Origin: Rhodospirillales bacterium
GTDB lineage: Bacteria > Pseudomonadota > Alphaproteobacteria > Bin95
Reading direction: 5' to 3'
Length of the DNA: 64,000 nt
Assembly (NCBI GenBank): GCA_038143065.1
Contig: JAYQLI010000035.1
Coordinates: 928,001-992,000 of the forward strand
Positions within the stretch are counted from its first letter, which is position 1; each line of letters opens with the position of its first letter. Shown piece by piece: positions 1 through 12,026 of this stretch. Both the position numbers and the translations under genes were made by a program. The notes under the pieces were generated by a model. That model saw nothing but the letters and a program-made list of their open reading frames with translations. It was not told where the DNA came from and made no database searches.

Positions 1-350
1 CAGAAATTGTACGTGCTGGAATTCAATCTGTAAGCCGTGGTCAATCAGAAGCTGCATCAGCTCTTGGACTTAGCAAAAATCAAACCATGCGATTGGTCAT
101 AATCCCGCAAGCCCTTCGAGTAATTATTCCCCCTCTGACAAGCCAACATCTTAATTTAACCAAGAATTCGTCTCTAGCCATTGCCATTGGCTACCAAGAT
201 CTCGTTTCTATTGGTGGCACGATACTTAACCAAAGTGGACAGGCTCTAGAGGTAGTTGGCATCTGGATGGCGGTCTACCTCTCTCTAAGTCTGGCAACTT
301 CAGCATTCATGAACTGGTACAATAAACGTATCGCTTTGGTGGAGCGATAA
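1..350 (+). CDS. aapQ: General L-amino acid ABC transporter permease (AapQ/BztB), 5'-truncated by the window edge
   Basis: C-terminus VIIPQALRVIIPPLTSQ..NLTKNSSLAIAIGY..MNWYNKRIALVER is typical of AapQ; the frame is open from the window start; aapM and aapP follow. Confidence 0.9.
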   Translation, partial: EIVRAGIQSVSRGQSEAASALGLSKNQTMRLVIIPQALRVIIPPLTSQHLNLTKNSSLAIAIGYQDLVSIGGTILNQSGQALEVVGIWMAVYLSLSLATSAFMNWYNKRIALVER

Positions 351-354
351 AACC

Positions 355-1467
355 ATGACGCAACCATTCTTCCGCCAAAAAGACCAAATGCTTGGTGAGC
401 GTCCACCTCCCGGTTCAACCGTGGGGATCGTGGGCTGGCTTCGGACCAATCTATTCTCAAATTGGATCAACTCTCTTTTAACGATCCTATCCCTTTATAT
501 TCTATGGTCATCAGTACCATCCCTGATCGAATGGGCTTTCCTAGAGGCTCAACTGAGTGGTGAAGACCGTTTTGCTTGCTCAGAGGGAGGAGCATGCTGG
601 GCCTGGCTTGATCAGCGCATTGGACAGTTCCTCTATGGCCTATATCCTTCAAAAGAAACCTGGCGCATAGACATTGCGTTCGTCCTTTTATTTCCCGCTC
701 TCGCGCCTTGGCTTATTGAAAATGTCCCAGGGAAAACGTGGCTGCGCAGGTTTTCATTCATTTACCCATTTATAGCAGCGTGGCTACTGGTAGGCGGCTG
801 GTTTGGTATCCTCGACAGTGTCACTACTAATAACCTTGGCGGGTTCGCCCTCAATCTAACTGTGGGCCTAGCAGGCATTGTCTTGTCTTTACCCGTTGGA
901 ATTTTACTCGCTCTGGGTCGTCAGTCGCGATTACCTCTTATTCGGTGGTTCTCAGTCATCTTTATCGAGACCGTCAGAGGTGTTCCTCTTATTACTCTTT
1001 TGTTCGTTTCGAACATCATCCTTCCAATATTTCTGCCGCCTGATGTAGCTCTAGATGCGGTAGTCCGGGTCATTATCATGGTGAGCGCATTTGCTTCTGC
1101 CTACATGGCTGAAGTCATCCGTGGTGGGTTACAGGCAATACCGAAGGGGCAGTACGAAGCCGCTGCTGCAATGGGCTTGAGCTATTGGCAATCAATGAGG
1201 CTGATTATACTCCCTCAAGCGCTTAAGATATCTATCCCAGGTATAGTTAACACTTTTATCGGTCTTTTTAAGGACACCACCCTAGTGATTGTAATTGGGC
1301 TGTTTGATATTCTTGGAATTGCTAATGCCATGGTATCGAACCCAGACTGGCTCGGCCTGTCTTCGGAAACCTATGTTTTCGTCGCCCTATTCTTCTTCGC
1401 AGTTTGTTTTTCAATGTCTCGCTACTCAATCCGCCTAGAGCGCAAGCTCGACACGGATAAGCGCTGA
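355..1467 (+). CDS. aapM: General L-amino acid ABC transporter permease (AapM/BztC)
   Basis: 370 aa membrane protein with EAA loop ([24 protein letters not shown]) and [11 protein letters not shown]. Confidence 0.92.
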   Translation: MTQPFFRQKDQMLGERPPPGSTVGIVGWLRTNLFSNWINSLLTILSLYILWSSVPSLIEWAFLEAQLSGEDRFACSEGGACWAWLDQRIGQFLYGLYPSKETWRIDIAFVLLFPALAPWLIENVPGKTWLRRFSFIYPFIAAWLLVGGWFGILDSVTTNNLGGFALNLTVGLAGIVLSLPVGILLALGRQSRLPLIRWFSVIFIETVRGVPLITLLFVSNIILPIFLPPDVALDAVVRVIIMVSAFASAYMAEVIRGGLQAIPKGQYEAAAAMGLSYWQSMRLIILPQALKISIPGIVNTFIGLFKDTTLVIVIGLFDILGIANAMVSNPDWLGLSSETYVFVALFFFAVCFSMSRYSIRLERKLDTDKR

Positions 1468-1480
1468 TCGGAGGATAGCT

Positions 1481-2254
1481 ATGTCAGAAACTGACGTACG
1501 CCCAGAGACACAGCCAGGTGGTCCATCCATTCAAATCACGGGCCTGAATAAATGGTTTGGAGCGTTCCACGTCCTCAGAGATATTGATCTAGAGGTGGCG
1601 CAAGGAGAACGCATAGTCGTTTGCGGTCCTTCTGGCAGCGGCAAATCTACTCTAATTCGCTGCATAAATAGGTTAGAAGAGCATCAAGAAGGAAAAATAA
1701 TCGTCGATGGCGTGCACTTAACCAACGACTTGAAGCAAATTGATGCAGTTCGCAGTGAAGTAGGGATGGTTTTTCAGTCTTTTAATCTTTTCCCTCATCT
1801 TAGCGTTCTTGAGAACTGCACACTGGCACCAATATGGGTTCGTAACCAACCAAAAGCTGAGGCTGAAGCCGCAGCTATGGAGTATCTAGAAAGAGTAAAA
1901 ATCCCAGAACAAGCCAACAAATTTCCTGGCCAGTTATCGGGTGGGCAACAACAGCGCGTAGCCATTGCCCGTTCACTATGCATGCGCCCAAAGATAATGC
2001 TTTTTGATGAGCCAACTTCTGCATTAGATCCAGAGATGATCAAAGAAGTCTTAGACGTAATGGTAGACCTTGCTGAAAGCGGTATGACAATGCTCGTTGT
2101 CACACATGAAATGGGCTTCGCCTCGCAAGTAGCAGATCGAGTGATTTTTATGGATGAAGGACAAATAGTTGAACAGAACTCTCCGCAAGAGTTCTTCAAT
2201 AACCCTCAATCTGACCGAACAAAACTCTTCTTGAGTCAAATTCTCAGTCACTAG
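1481..2254 (+). CDS. aapP: Amino acid ABC transporter ATP-binding protein (AapP/BztD)
   Basis: Walker [10 protein letters not shown], signature [24 protein letters not shown]; RBS GGAGGA. Confidence 0.95.
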   Translation: MSETDVRPETQPGGPSIQITGLNKWFGAFHVLRDIDLEVAQGERIVVCGPSGSGKSTLIRCINRLEEHQEGKIIVDGVHLTNDLKQIDAVRSEVGMVFQSFNLFPHLSVLENCTLAPIWVRNQPKAEAEAAAMEYLERVKIPEQANKFPGQLSGGQQQRVAIARSLCMRPKIMLFDEPTSALDPEMIKEVLDVMVDLAESGMTMLVVTHEMGFASQVADRVIFMDEGQIVEQNSPQEFFNNPQSDRTKLFLSQILSH

Positions 2255-2345
2255 AAAACTTTTGTGGCTGTTAGCAGTGCGAGCCACTAGACTCTTTATC
2301 AAACCGTAATGTCACGCAATCCTCTATTTAGAAACACAGATACAA

Positions 2346-2798
2346 ATGCAGAAAACGATTGTAATAGGCTCGGATCACGCAGGCTTTCCGATGAAAGTTG
2401 TCGTTATTGAGGCTATCAAAGCTAATGGGTTCGATGTCCAGGATGTTGGCTCATTTGACGATAAGCCGGTTGATTTTCCTGATATTGCTCGCGATTTATG
2501 CAGGAAAGTGCTGGATGGAAAGGCATTCCGTGGAATAATGGTTTGTGGAACCGGGGTCGGCGCAGTAATTGCTACTAATAAAATTAAGGGTATCAGATCT
2601 GCAATGGTCCACGATATTCATTGTGCCCATCAATGCGTAGAACATGATGACGTCAATGTAATGTGTGTTGGCGCTAAGATTATTGGGCCCTGGCTGGTAG
2701 CTGATTTGGTTGATGCTTTTCTTGCAGCTAAATTCAATGCCACCGAAGAACATGTTCGTAGAGTTGAAAAACTGGCATCAATAGAAAACTTAGATTGA
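2346..2798 (+). CDS. rpiB: Ribose-5-phosphate isomerase B family protein
   Basis: GSDHAG and CGTGVG motifs. Confidence 0.88.
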   Translation: MQKTIVIGSDHAGFPMKVVVIEAIKANGFDVQDVGSFDDKPVDFPDIARDLCRKVLDGKAFRGIMVCGTGVGAVIATNKIKGIRSAMVHDIHCAHQCVEHDDVNVMCVGAKIIGPWLVADLVDAFLAAKFNATEEHVRRVEKLASIENLD

Positions 2799-2804
2799 TC
2801 CAAA

Positions 2805-3725
2805 ATGAATCCTAAGATTCTCGTTTTTGGATCCATAAACGCAGACCTAGTTTTTCCTGTAGAAAGCTTACCTACCAAAGGCGAGACTGTACTTGGTGCC
2901 AACTACTTTTTTCACCCTGGAGGTAAAGGCGCTAACCAAGCGGTAGCAGCGGCGAAAGCTGGAGCAAATGTTGCTTTCATTGGTTGCGTAGGTAAGGACG
3001 GCTATTCGGAAGAGTTAATAGCCTCTCTGAAAAGGGCTAACGTTGATACATCACACATAAAACAGGGTGAAACACCTACTGGTTGTGCAGCAATTGGTGT
3101 CGATTCATCGGGTGAAAATCAAATAATAGTTGCGAGTGGGGCTAACTTGGAAGTTCTGGCATCCCAAGTTCCAGACCATCTAGTGAATTCCTCCACCATT
3201 GTTGTTCTCCAAATGGAGGTTCGTCCATCAGAGAATTGGTCCTTGATCCAAAGAGCAAAAGCCCAAGGCGCAACAATAATTTTAAACGTCGCGCCTGCTA
3301 GTCAGGTGCCTACGGACGTCTTATCCAAAATTGACTTCTTGGTAACCAATGAGCATGAAATTAATATTTTATCCAAAGGGTTAGGTATTCAAGACACCAA
3401 TCCAATTGAAGCCGCTCAAAAAGTTTCTCAGCTAACTAAGAACACGTGCATTCTGACTTTGGGAGCATGTGGCGCATTTGCGTTTAACCAATCAGAGACC
3501 CTCAAAATACCAGCATTAGAATTAAATCCGGTTGACACAACCGCTGCAGGCGATTGCTTTGTAGGATGGTTAGCTGCACGTTTATCTGGGGGAGACAATC
3601 TGGACCAGTCTATGCGTTGGGCATCCATTGCTGCGGGGAAGACGTGTTTAGTATCAGGAGCGCAAACGAGCCTGCCCTCCTTTGATACGGTTAAGCAGAC
3701 ATTCTTGGAACTGCATCCACAATAA
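2805..3725 (+). CDS. rbsK: Ribokinase (PfkB family)
   Basis: GSINADL, PGGKGANQAVAAAK and VDTTAAGDCF motifs. Confidence 0.9.
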   Translation: MNPKILVFGSINADLVFPVESLPTKGETVLGANYFFHPGGKGANQAVAAAKAGANVAFIGCVGKDGYSEELIASLKRANVDTSHIKQGETPTGCAAIGVDSSGENQIIVASGANLEVLASQVPDHLVNSSTIVVLQMEVRPSENWSLIQRAKAQGATIILNVAPASQVPTDVLSKIDFLVTNEHEINILSKGLGIQDTNPIEAAQKVSQLTKNTCILTLGACGAFAFNQSETLKIPALELNPVDTTAAGDCFVGWLAARLSGGDNLDQSMRWASIAAGKTCLVSGAQTSLPSFDTVKQTFLELHPQ

Positions 3726-3752
3726 GTTCTGGGAATTAAAGTTGATAAAAGG

Positions 3753-3837
3753 TGGTGCGGACCGCCGGACTTGAACCGGCACGACCGAAGTCGACAGATT
3801 TTAAGTCTGTTGTGTCTACCTATTCCACCAGGCCCGC
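3753..3837 (-). tRNA. tRNA-Leu (anticodon TAA)
   Basis: Reverse complement GCGGGCCTGGTGGAATAGGTAGACACAACAGACTTAAAATCTGTCGACTTCGGTCGTGCCGGTTCAAGTCCGGCGGTCCGCACCA folds as a cloverleaf with a long variable arm, GGTTCAAGTCC T-loop and encoded CCA. Confidence 0.96.
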
Positions 3838-4183
3838 ATGATCTCACATTAACAGTAAAAGGGTCGCAACTTCCACACAAAAGTAAGACGAAAAACGATC
3901 ACTACCCTTCACAGTTGTGGAATACGACAGTCGTCTGATTATGTACATATTTTTCATGTTTTTTTATCAATTTACTCAATTTTCATTTCCCTATTCTCTT
4001 GAAGCTCAGTTCAAAAAATACGGGATGTTTGATAATTTCTCTGTTGAGCTAGTAAACAGTCGCCACCAACACGTTTGAACCCATATACCAATTACAGATA
4101 TATCTATTCTAAATAGTATATTTTTTGAATTACGGCCTATGGTATTTTGAATTATAGGTATAGCTTTCCCAGCTCAACCTCAT

Positions 4184-5086
4184 ATGAGGGCAATTATGAT
4201 TCCAACCGCCCAAACGGGCCAAGACAGGCCCGCTTTGGGCATCGCTCTTATGATTTTTGCTCTTTTCGTCCTTGCCAGCATGGATGCGGTTGCAAAGCAT
4301 TTGACGGAGTAATTAGCTGCCCCGCAAATACTAGTTGTCAGATTTTGGATCTTTCTGACATTTGCATCGTTGATAGCAAGTAGACGTGGCTTGAAGAGCG
4401 CGGTTCGCTCCCAAAAACCCAAGTTACAAATCATCCGGACTATAGTTTTAGTTGTCGAAATGACGATGTTTCTTGTTGCCTTCTCATTTCTGCCACTCGC
4501 GGAAGTACATGCGATTGCTGCCGTGTCTCCGCTTATAGTTATGGCTCTCGCGGCCATTTTTCTGGGAGAACGTATTGGACCAAGAAGGTGGGCGGCTGTT
4601 GGCGTAGGTTTTGTCGGAGTAATGCTAATTATTAGACCAGGTGCCGGTGTCTTTGATCCTATCTCTTTGTTAGCCCTTACTGGTGCATTTGGATGGGCAA
4701 CCTATCAAGTATTGCTCAGAGCTGTTTCCCGCATTGACCAGCCAGATACAACAACACTTTATACAGCGGGAATTGGCGTTATCTGTTTCAGCTTAGTCGC
4801 TCCTTTTTTTTGGGTAACTCCCACAGCTGAAAGTTGGATGTGGCTTGGCGCAGTGGGTATTCTTGGTTCAGTAGGTCACTTCTTGCTGCCGACTGCTTTC
4901 AAGTTTGCACCAGCATCAACTTTACAACCATTTGCTTACACAATGCCGGTGTGGGCGGTAATTCTCGGATGGATTGTTTTCGATCACATCCCCGACGCAA
5001 TGACATTAGTAGGTGGTGGGGTTGTTATAAGCAGTGGCTTGTTTGCAATCTGGCGCGAAAGAGTGGCTGAAACTGTCCAGCAGTGA
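4184..5086 (+). CDS. DMT (EamA) family transporter with one in-frame TAA at 4310-4312
   Basis: ATG 4184 gives MRAIMIP..LGIALMIFALFVLASMDAVAKHLTE, then TAA, then continues in the same frame into the 4370 ORF (FLGERIGPRRWAAVGVGFVGV EamA motif). Confidence 0.85.
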
Positions 5087-5191
5087 ACAACACATCTGCT
5101 ACAGGCCCTTGCTTCACAGATCTTTTTATAATCACAATATTTGTGTCTTTAGGCTAAATTTAAGTTCACTTTTGTTTCACTAATTCTAAAA

Positions 5192-6445
5192 TTAATTTTC
5201 ATTTTCCAGAGCGTTTGTAATTTTTGATATACGCCTCCGAGCCCATGCCCAGGCAATTAAGCAAAGGCATGCACCAATAACAACGGGTGCCTGCAATCCT
5301 ATAAATTCAGAAGCAAAACCCATCACTAATGCACCAGCTGCAGGCCCAGCCCTAAAACATAGCCCATACAAAGACAGCACTCTGGATAATACTGATGCAT
5401 CCGTCGAACGCTGTATGAGACTTTGCATGGCAACTCCAGAAATCACCATAGCGGCACCAGACAGAGATGCGCCAAGCAGCCCAAGCCAGAAAATGTTTGT
5501 CGATGCAAATATAATGGCGGAAAACGCCAGCAATAAAACACCATCGATAGCAAATCGAGTTAGCCCAATAAAACTACTGCGCCCCCCGATCCAAATTCCC
5601 GCGAAGATAGCACCAATACCAACTGCGGCAGTCAAGGCTGCCAACCCATCCACCCCATAGCCAAATATTTTATCTGCAAAGCCAGGTAAGAGCTCAACAT
5701 AAGGGCGAACAGTTATAGCATTAGCAATTAACAACAGTAGGATTGGACCTACGCCGGGATGTCCTGCGACGTAAGAAATTCCCTCCTTCATATCGGATAA
5801 TAATCCGGCTTCTTTTGCCTTAACCGCCACAGAGCTTGGCAATACTATGCGGTTAAGCGCAAACAGAAAAAATAGATATGAAATCGCATTAAGCCCGAAT
5901 GCCCAACCAGGGCCAGCTTGCGCAATCACAATACCCGCAACTGCAGGCCCAATGAAACGAGCCGTGTTCCATAAAATTGAATTAGTTGCGACTGCAGCTG
6001 GCAGATCTTCGGGCCTCACAAGCGAACGGACCATCGAAAGTCTCGCAGGCTGTCCAAATGAAACTACTACGCCCGCAACGGCGTTCAGCACTAACAATAA
6101 AATTGGAGTTATAACCCCTAACAGCGTCAGAATAGCCATTGTCAGCGCTACTAGACAAAGAAGAGACTGGTTAATCCGTAAGAGCGTTAATCGGCTGACG
6201 CGGTCAGCAACAGCACCACCTATTGGCCCCATAAGAAGTGAAGGAGCAAGTTCTGCAGCAGCAATGGCCCCAAGCCATGCTCCAGATTCAGTCAACTCCC
6301 AAGCGAGCCAACCGACTGCAACTCTTTGAATCCAAGTGCCAATCAGACTAAAGGCATTGCCAGTCTGGTAAATTCTATAATTTCTGTTTGAAAAGGCTCG
6401 ACCAATCCCACCTGTATGGGTGGCAAACCAGTGGGCCAAACTCAC
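5192..6445 (-). CDS. MFS transporter (MFS_3 / transmembrane secretion effector type)
   Basis: 417 aa hydrophobic protein with NRNYRIYQTGNAFSLIGTWIQRVA and GGAVADRVSR motif A. Confidence 0.88.
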   Translation of the reverse strand: MSLAHWFATHTGGIGRAFSNRNYRIYQTGNAFSLIGTWIQRVAVGWLAWELTESGAWLGAIAAAELAPSLLMGPIGGAVADRVSRLTLLRINQSLLCLVALTMAILTLLGVITPILLLVLNAVAGVVVSFGQPARLSMVRSLVRPEDLPAAVATNSILWNTARFIGPAVAGIVIAQAGPGWAFGLNAISYLFFLFALNRIVLPSSVAVKAKEAGLLSDMKEGISYVAGHPGVGPILLLLIANAITVRPYVELLPGFADKIFGYGVDGLAALTAAVGIGAIFAGIWIGGRSSFIGLTRFAIDGVLLLAFSAIIFASTNIFWLGLLGASLSGAAMVISGVAMQSLIQRSTDASVLSRVLSLYGLCFRAGPAAGALVMGFASEFIGLQAPVVIGACLCLIAWAWARRRISKITNALENEN

Positions 6446-6451
6446 TATTAT

Positions 6452-7312
6452 TTAATCCGTGCGAATACCCTGTGCGCGAACAAAGCGGCCTAAATTTTCC
6501 CGCTCGGCAGTAGAGACCTGGCGTGCCTTATCTTCAGACCAACCATAAAACTCTGCTTCACCGTAGACTTTGTTCAGACGCCGGCTAACTGACGGAATAG
6601 AAAAACGTTCGTCCCGACGTTTGTCATACCCTGCTACTTCCTCGGCAAGGTCCCAATCATCATAACGATCTGTATGAACGGTAACCTTCGGCGGAAGGCG
6701 CATCGAAATAAAGCCTTCCTGGGATGGCCATCCTAAGCAAAGACCCGCAACAGGAAACGTGTATAGCGGTAATTCCAAAATATCTCTAATTGCGTCTACG
6801 TGATTTCGCACAACACTTACGGGACAAACCCCAAGGCCCTTGGTCTCAGCTGCTAGAGTAAAGGTTTGCATTGCTAAGGCTGCATCAACGGCCGCATTCA
6901 AGAAGGCGTCCAGATGATCGTTGGCAAACGGCTTACCACGATGCTCGCAAATTCGGCGTATACGACGACTGTCACCAATCCAAATCATGAAGACTGCAGC
7001 ATTGCCTATCCATGGCATTGAAGGGATCAGATCCTGAATTGCTTGACGCTTATTTTTGTCCTTCACAACTACAACACTGGCCTGCTGTAAGTCTGATTTT
7101 GCGCTCGCTGAAAAAGCTGCTGCAAATAAGACATCTAGCAGGTCGTCAGAAACAGGCTGGTCTGTATATCGTCGGTGTGTTCTACGAAGGATGATTTGCG
7201 CCAAGGGGTCGTCAATTGGCATGTCACTGCCACTATTGCCATTACCAACCACTCCTTCGCCATAACGATGGGCGATAATGTCAGCAAGCGAGTTAAATGA
7301 CGATTCAGACAT
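6452..7312 (-). CDS. Nitroreductase / NADPH-flavin oxidoreductase (NfsA/Frp family)
   Basis: RRTHRRYTDQPV, VDAALAMQ..LAAETKGLGVC, RLPPKVTVHTDRY. Confidence 0.87.
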   Translation of the reverse strand: MSESSFNSLADIIAHRYGEGVVGNGNSGSDMPIDDPLAQIILRRTHRRYTDQPVSDDLLDVLFAAAFSASAKSDLQQASVVVVKDKNKRQAIQDLIPSMPWIGNAAVFMIWIGDSRRIRRICEHRGKPFANDHLDAFLNAAVDAALAMQTFTLAAETKGLGVCPVSVVRNHVDAIRDILELPLYTFPVAGLCLGWPSQEGFISMRLPPKVTVHTDRYDDWDLAEEVAGYDKRRDERFSIPSVSRRLNKVYGEAEFYGWSEDKARQVSTAERENLGRFVRAQGIRTD

Positions 7313-7531
7313 AAGTTGTTGCCCTCAATTAGATCTAGTTGTCACCGGTAACACTAAAGAGGCAATCGTTTATGGAAAAGCTTCTTATTGCAGTTAGACC
7401 CTCGTCTTGTGAATGGGAGGCCCATGAATGTACCTCCCATCACACAGCACCTTAAATGCAGACTTTCTTCGGCCCTTTAATTTTCAATGCCTCTAGTTGA
7501 CTTGTGTATACTGATCGACCTTGCTTCACGC

Positions 7532-8444
7532 TTAAATTGGGTCCCAGGAAAAATACTCGCCAGTACCATCTAAGCTGGTTAGTTCATTCCGGATCGAAGG
7601 CTCGACGGTCGCCGCCAAAGCTTCATGGGTCCAACCCCACCATTGTGGATCGTCTTCACCGGTCTAGGTTGATTGAAAAGATAAATTTCATTTCCGCGAA
7701 CACCAAACACTTGTCCGTTTATTCCAGAGGCAGTATCACTGCACAGGTAGCTAACCACAGGGGCCACGTGCTCTGCGGTCGCTCCAGTCCTAAAAGCCTC
7801 AAAGGCACGAGCTTGCTCTTCTGATTTTATTGGAATTGACTCAATCATGCGGGTCCAAGCAAATGGCGCCACGCAGTTAGATCGAATACCTTTGAAGCAC
7901 CTTCCATCGCAATCACTCGTGAAAGGCCCATAATCCCCATTTTAGCTGCAGCATAATTTGCCTGTCCAATTTGCCCCACCAACCCAGAAGTTGACGTGAA
8001 GTGCACAAATGAACCAGCCTCCTTCTCACGCATATGCTCCACTGCAGCGCGCGAAACATTAAAGCAACCGTTAAGATGCACGTCTAACACAGCCTGCCAC
8101 TGCGCAGTTTCCATCCTATGGAACATTCCATCTCGGAGAATGCCGGCGACATTAACTACACAGTCTATCGCTCCAAATGCATCCATTGCAGCCTCAACCA
8201 TGCGCTTTGCGCCTTGGGGTTCTGAAACACTATCCGTGTTAAAAGCTGCTTCGCCACCAGCCTTTTGGATATCTTGGGCTGTTTCTTCAGCTGGCCCGGC
8301 ACTGCCCTCGCCTCCATCTAAAGCTGCGCCCAAGTCGTTCACCACAACTTTTGCTCCTGCCTTAGCCATATCGAGTGCAATTGCGCGCCCAATTCCACGA
8401 CCAGAACCCGTTACTAAAGCTACCTTCCCGTCCAAAATACCCAT
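7532..8444 (-). CDS. SDR family oxidoreductase (frameshifted in the assembly)
   Basis: TGSGRGIG, VVVNDLG, YAAAK; continues through the 7579-7872 ORF and ends EYFSWDPI-stop at 7532. Confidence 0.88.
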
Positions 8445-8606
8445 TGAATTGGTCCCTACACTTTTGAGTTGAATCTCACTAACTCCCTGAGAGACCCCAC
8501 GCCACACTGCAAGTCAATGCCTGAATGTTTAACAATTGATTGTTTAAAGTCGTGTATCGGCCTAAATAAGCTTCAGTCGAAGCAGAGGCAGACATCAGGA
8601 GCTACT

Positions 8607-10509
8607 ATGTCTCATAGTTATGACGACTTGCATGCGCAGTCTATTGAAGATCCAGAGAGCTTTTGGGGAGAAGCAGCTAAAGCAATAGACTGGTTCAAAC
8701 CTTGGGATACTGTTCTTGACTCTGAAGATTCCTGAATTTCCTCGTCGTTGGTTCAGGGGAGCAGAAACCAACACTTGCTTCAATGCTTTAGACCGTCATG
8801 TTGCTGCAGGGCGCGGTGAGCAAGTTGCCATTTACTATGATAGCCCAATTACTGATAGCAAAAGATCTATCACATATGCAGAGCTGCTAGATCAAACAGC
8901 TCGGTTTTCTGGAGTGCTGCAAGAGCTTGGTCTGACCAAGGGCGACCGAGCAATAATTTATATGCCAAATATCCCAGAAACAGCTGTTGCGATGCTAGCC
9001 TGCGCTAGAATTGGTGCAATACATTCGGTCGTTTTTGGAGGATTTGCCGCTAGCGAGCTTGCAGTTAGAATAGAGGACAGTGGCGCAAAGATTATAATTG
9101 CCGCTTCCTGTGGAATAGAACCTGGGCGGATCGTCGAATACAAGCCTTTGCTAGACGGTGCCTTAGAAATCTCAAAGCACAAGCCTGACCATTGCGTAAT
9201 CATCCAACGAGAGCAATCTAAAGCTGGCATGATTGACGGGCGTGATATTGACTATCACTTAGCGATGCAAACGGCCAAACCAGCAGATTGTGTTAGAGTT
9301 GCAGCTCTAGATCCCCTTTACATCCTCTATACATCAGGCACCACAGGACAGCCAAAAGGTGTAGTTCGTGATACTGGCGGCCATATGGTGGCTTTGTATT
9401 GGTCCATGAAGCATATTTATGGGGTTGAACCAGGAGAAACTTACTGGGCTGCTTCTGATGTGGGCTGGGTAGTTGGCCATAGCTACATTGTATATGCCCC
9501 GCTGCTTTACGGTGCTTCTACCGTGATGTTCGAAGGTAAACCAGTTGGCACACCGGACGCGGGCGTCTTTTGGCGAATTATCCAAGATTACGACGTGAAG
9601 GCCCTTTTCACTGCACCAACTGCCTTCCGTGCTATTCGTCGCGATGATCCCCAAGGCAAGCTAATCAAAACTTATGACCTATCTGGTTTTCGGACACTTT
9701 TCCTTGCAGGCGAACGTTCTGACCCCGACACCATACAATGGGCAGAAAAACAACTAGATGTGCCTGTAATTGATCATTGGTGGCAAACAGAGACAGGCTG
9801 GTCCATAGCGGCCAACTATGCCGGTGTCGAAATACTACCAATCAAGTATGGCTCTCCAACGAAACCAGCGCCTGGTTGGAATCTCTGCGTTCTTGATGAA
9901 GGTGGGCACGAAGTGGAGCCTGGTCAAATTGGTGCTCTATGCGCAAAACTACCACTGCCTCCAAGCTCATTTCCAACTCTTTGGAATGCGCATGACCGAT
10001 ACTTAAAGGCCTATTTCACGGTTTTTCCTGGATATTACGAAACTGCCGATGCAGGTTACATTGACGAAGATGGGTATGTTTTTGTCATGGCGCGGACTGA
10101 TGACATCATCAACGTGGCCGGACATCGACTTTCTACAGGAGCGATGGAAGAAGTCATCGCAAGCCATCAAGATGTCGCTGAATGCGCCGTAGTTGGAGTA
10201 GCTGATGAGCTTAAGGGTCAATCGCCAATTGGTTTCATTGTGTTATCTGCAGGTGTCAACCGCCCTCATGAAGAAATTCAATCTGAATGTGTTCAGTTAA
10301 TTCGAAAAAATATAGGGCCTGTAGCTGCGTTCAAGACGGCAATTGTAGTAGAGAGGTTGCCAAAGACTCGATCTGGCAAAGTTCTGCGTGGCGCAATGCA
10401 AAAAATTGCGGATAGCCAAACGTTTAAAATGCCTGCAACTATTGATGATCCGATTATTCTAGAGGAAATTGAAGAAGCTTTAAAACTTGCCGGTTACGCA
10501 AAAGGTTAA
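8607..10509 (+). CDS. prpE: Propionyl-CoA synthetase (acyl-CoA ligase); frameshift near 8730
   Basis: N-terminus [18 protein letters not shown]; [14 protein letters not shown]-binding motif; [10 protein letters not shown]; LPKTRSGK; MPATIDDP. Confidence 0.9.
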
Positions 10510-10513
10510 TGCG

Positions 10514-11655
10514 TTGGTTACACAACCAAACATAGATTTAGGGCTTCCAGGAAAGCCAAAAAATTCCCGAGTAGTTGTGGCTATGTCCGGGGGTGTCGAC
10601 AGTACGGTCACGGCAGCCTTATTGCATGAGGCGGGCTATGATGTTGTAGGGATGACTCTCCAACTCTACGACTATGGTGCTGCGGTCCCAACGGAAAAAA
10701 CTTGTTGCGCTGGGCAAGATATTCATGACGCTCGCCTAGCCGCAGACCGTATTGAATTCCCCACTATGTCCTGGATTATGAAAGTCGTTTCCGAGAAAGC
10801 GTGATGGATGATTTTGCCGACAGCTATCTACGAGGGGAAACGCCAATTCCATGCGTACGCTGTAACCAAACCGTAAAATTTAAAGATCTTTTAGAAACAG
10901 CTCAGGATCTTGGTGCATCAGCTCTCGCCACAGGACACTACGTTCAAAGAAAAATAGGATCCAATGGAGCTGAATTGCACAGTGGAGCTGATCCCTCAAA
11001 AGATCAAAGCTACTTTTTCTCTTTTGCAACCACCCCATCACAGTTAGATTATCTTCGTTTTCCTCTTGGTGGGATGAGCAAAAGTGAGACGCGAGCTCAT
11101 GCGCATCGCTTTGACTTAGCAGTTGCAGAAAAACCAGACAGCCAAGATATCTGCTTCGTACCCAACGGTCGCTACCAAGATGTTGTAGCTAAACTTAGAC
11201 CCGGAGCCATAGAGCCTGGTGATATTGTTGACCTTGAAGGCAACATTTTAGGCCAACACCAGGGGGTAATTGGCTTCACGGTGGGTCAGCGTCGGGGCCT
11301 CGATATTGGTGGAACTACAGAGCCATTGTATGTGGTCAAAATATCAGCTGATGAACGGCGTGTTATTGTCGGGCCTCGAGCGGCTTTAGCTGCCAGGACA
11401 GTTTTGCTATCTGATCAAAATTGGCTTGGCTCAACCGACCCAAATGGTGCTCGGGTTTTAGTTAAATTACGCTCTGCATCGCCTCTTGCCGAAGCAACTT
11501 TAATAAAAAGTGAGGAAGGAAAACTCTCTGCTTTATTAGACGAACCTCAATTTGGCGTTGCGCCAGGCCAAGCGTGTGTTTTTTACGACGCAGAACAACC
11601 TAGCAGAGTATTGGGTGGCGGTTGGATTGTTTCTGCAGAGTCAGGATTTGGCTAA
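10514..11655 (+). CDS. mnmA: tRNA 2-thiouridine(34) synthase; frameshift near 10760
   Basis: [37 protein letters not shown]; next to tRNA-Met as in other alphaproteobacteria. Confidence 0.95.
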
Positions 11656-11825
11656 ATACAGAGACAAAAGTTAGAAAAAATGAAAAATAAGACTCTTTTA
11701 CAAAAAGTCAGTTGTAAAATTTTACCCGCGACAATCACTTTCCCGACGTCTTTAACAAATTCAATATTCTTTTTACTTGTGGCACCATTAAATGGTTACA
11801 GTAGCCCTTTTGGTCTCAAGTATCT

Positions 11826-11854
11826 TGACAGCGTGACTGGCCCCGGCCATATAC
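11826..11854 (+). promoter_or_regulatory. Putative sigma70 promoter of tRNA-Met
   Basis: TTGACA-N17-CATATA about 35 nt upstream of the tRNA. Confidence 0.55.
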
Positions 11855-11889
11855 CCGGACCACGCAAGAACTTGGTTTCGCGTGGTTGT

Positions 11890-11964
11890 GGCGGGGTAGC
11901 TCAGTGGTAGAGCAGGGGAATCATAATCCCTTGGTCGGGGGTTCAAATCCCTCCCTCGCTACCA
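11890..11964 (+). tRNA. tRNA-Met (anticodon CAT, probably elongator)
   Basis: GGCGGGGTAGCTCAGTGGTAGAGCAGGGGAATCATAATCCCTTGGTCGGGGGTTCAAATCCCTCCCTCGCTACCA cloverleaf with CCA end; lacks the initiator C1:A72 mismatch. Confidence 0.93.
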
Positions 11965-12026
11965 AATACATCCTGTAAGGGTTGGACTACTTTATCGACC
12001 GGGGCACTGCGTAAATCGCCCCAAAA

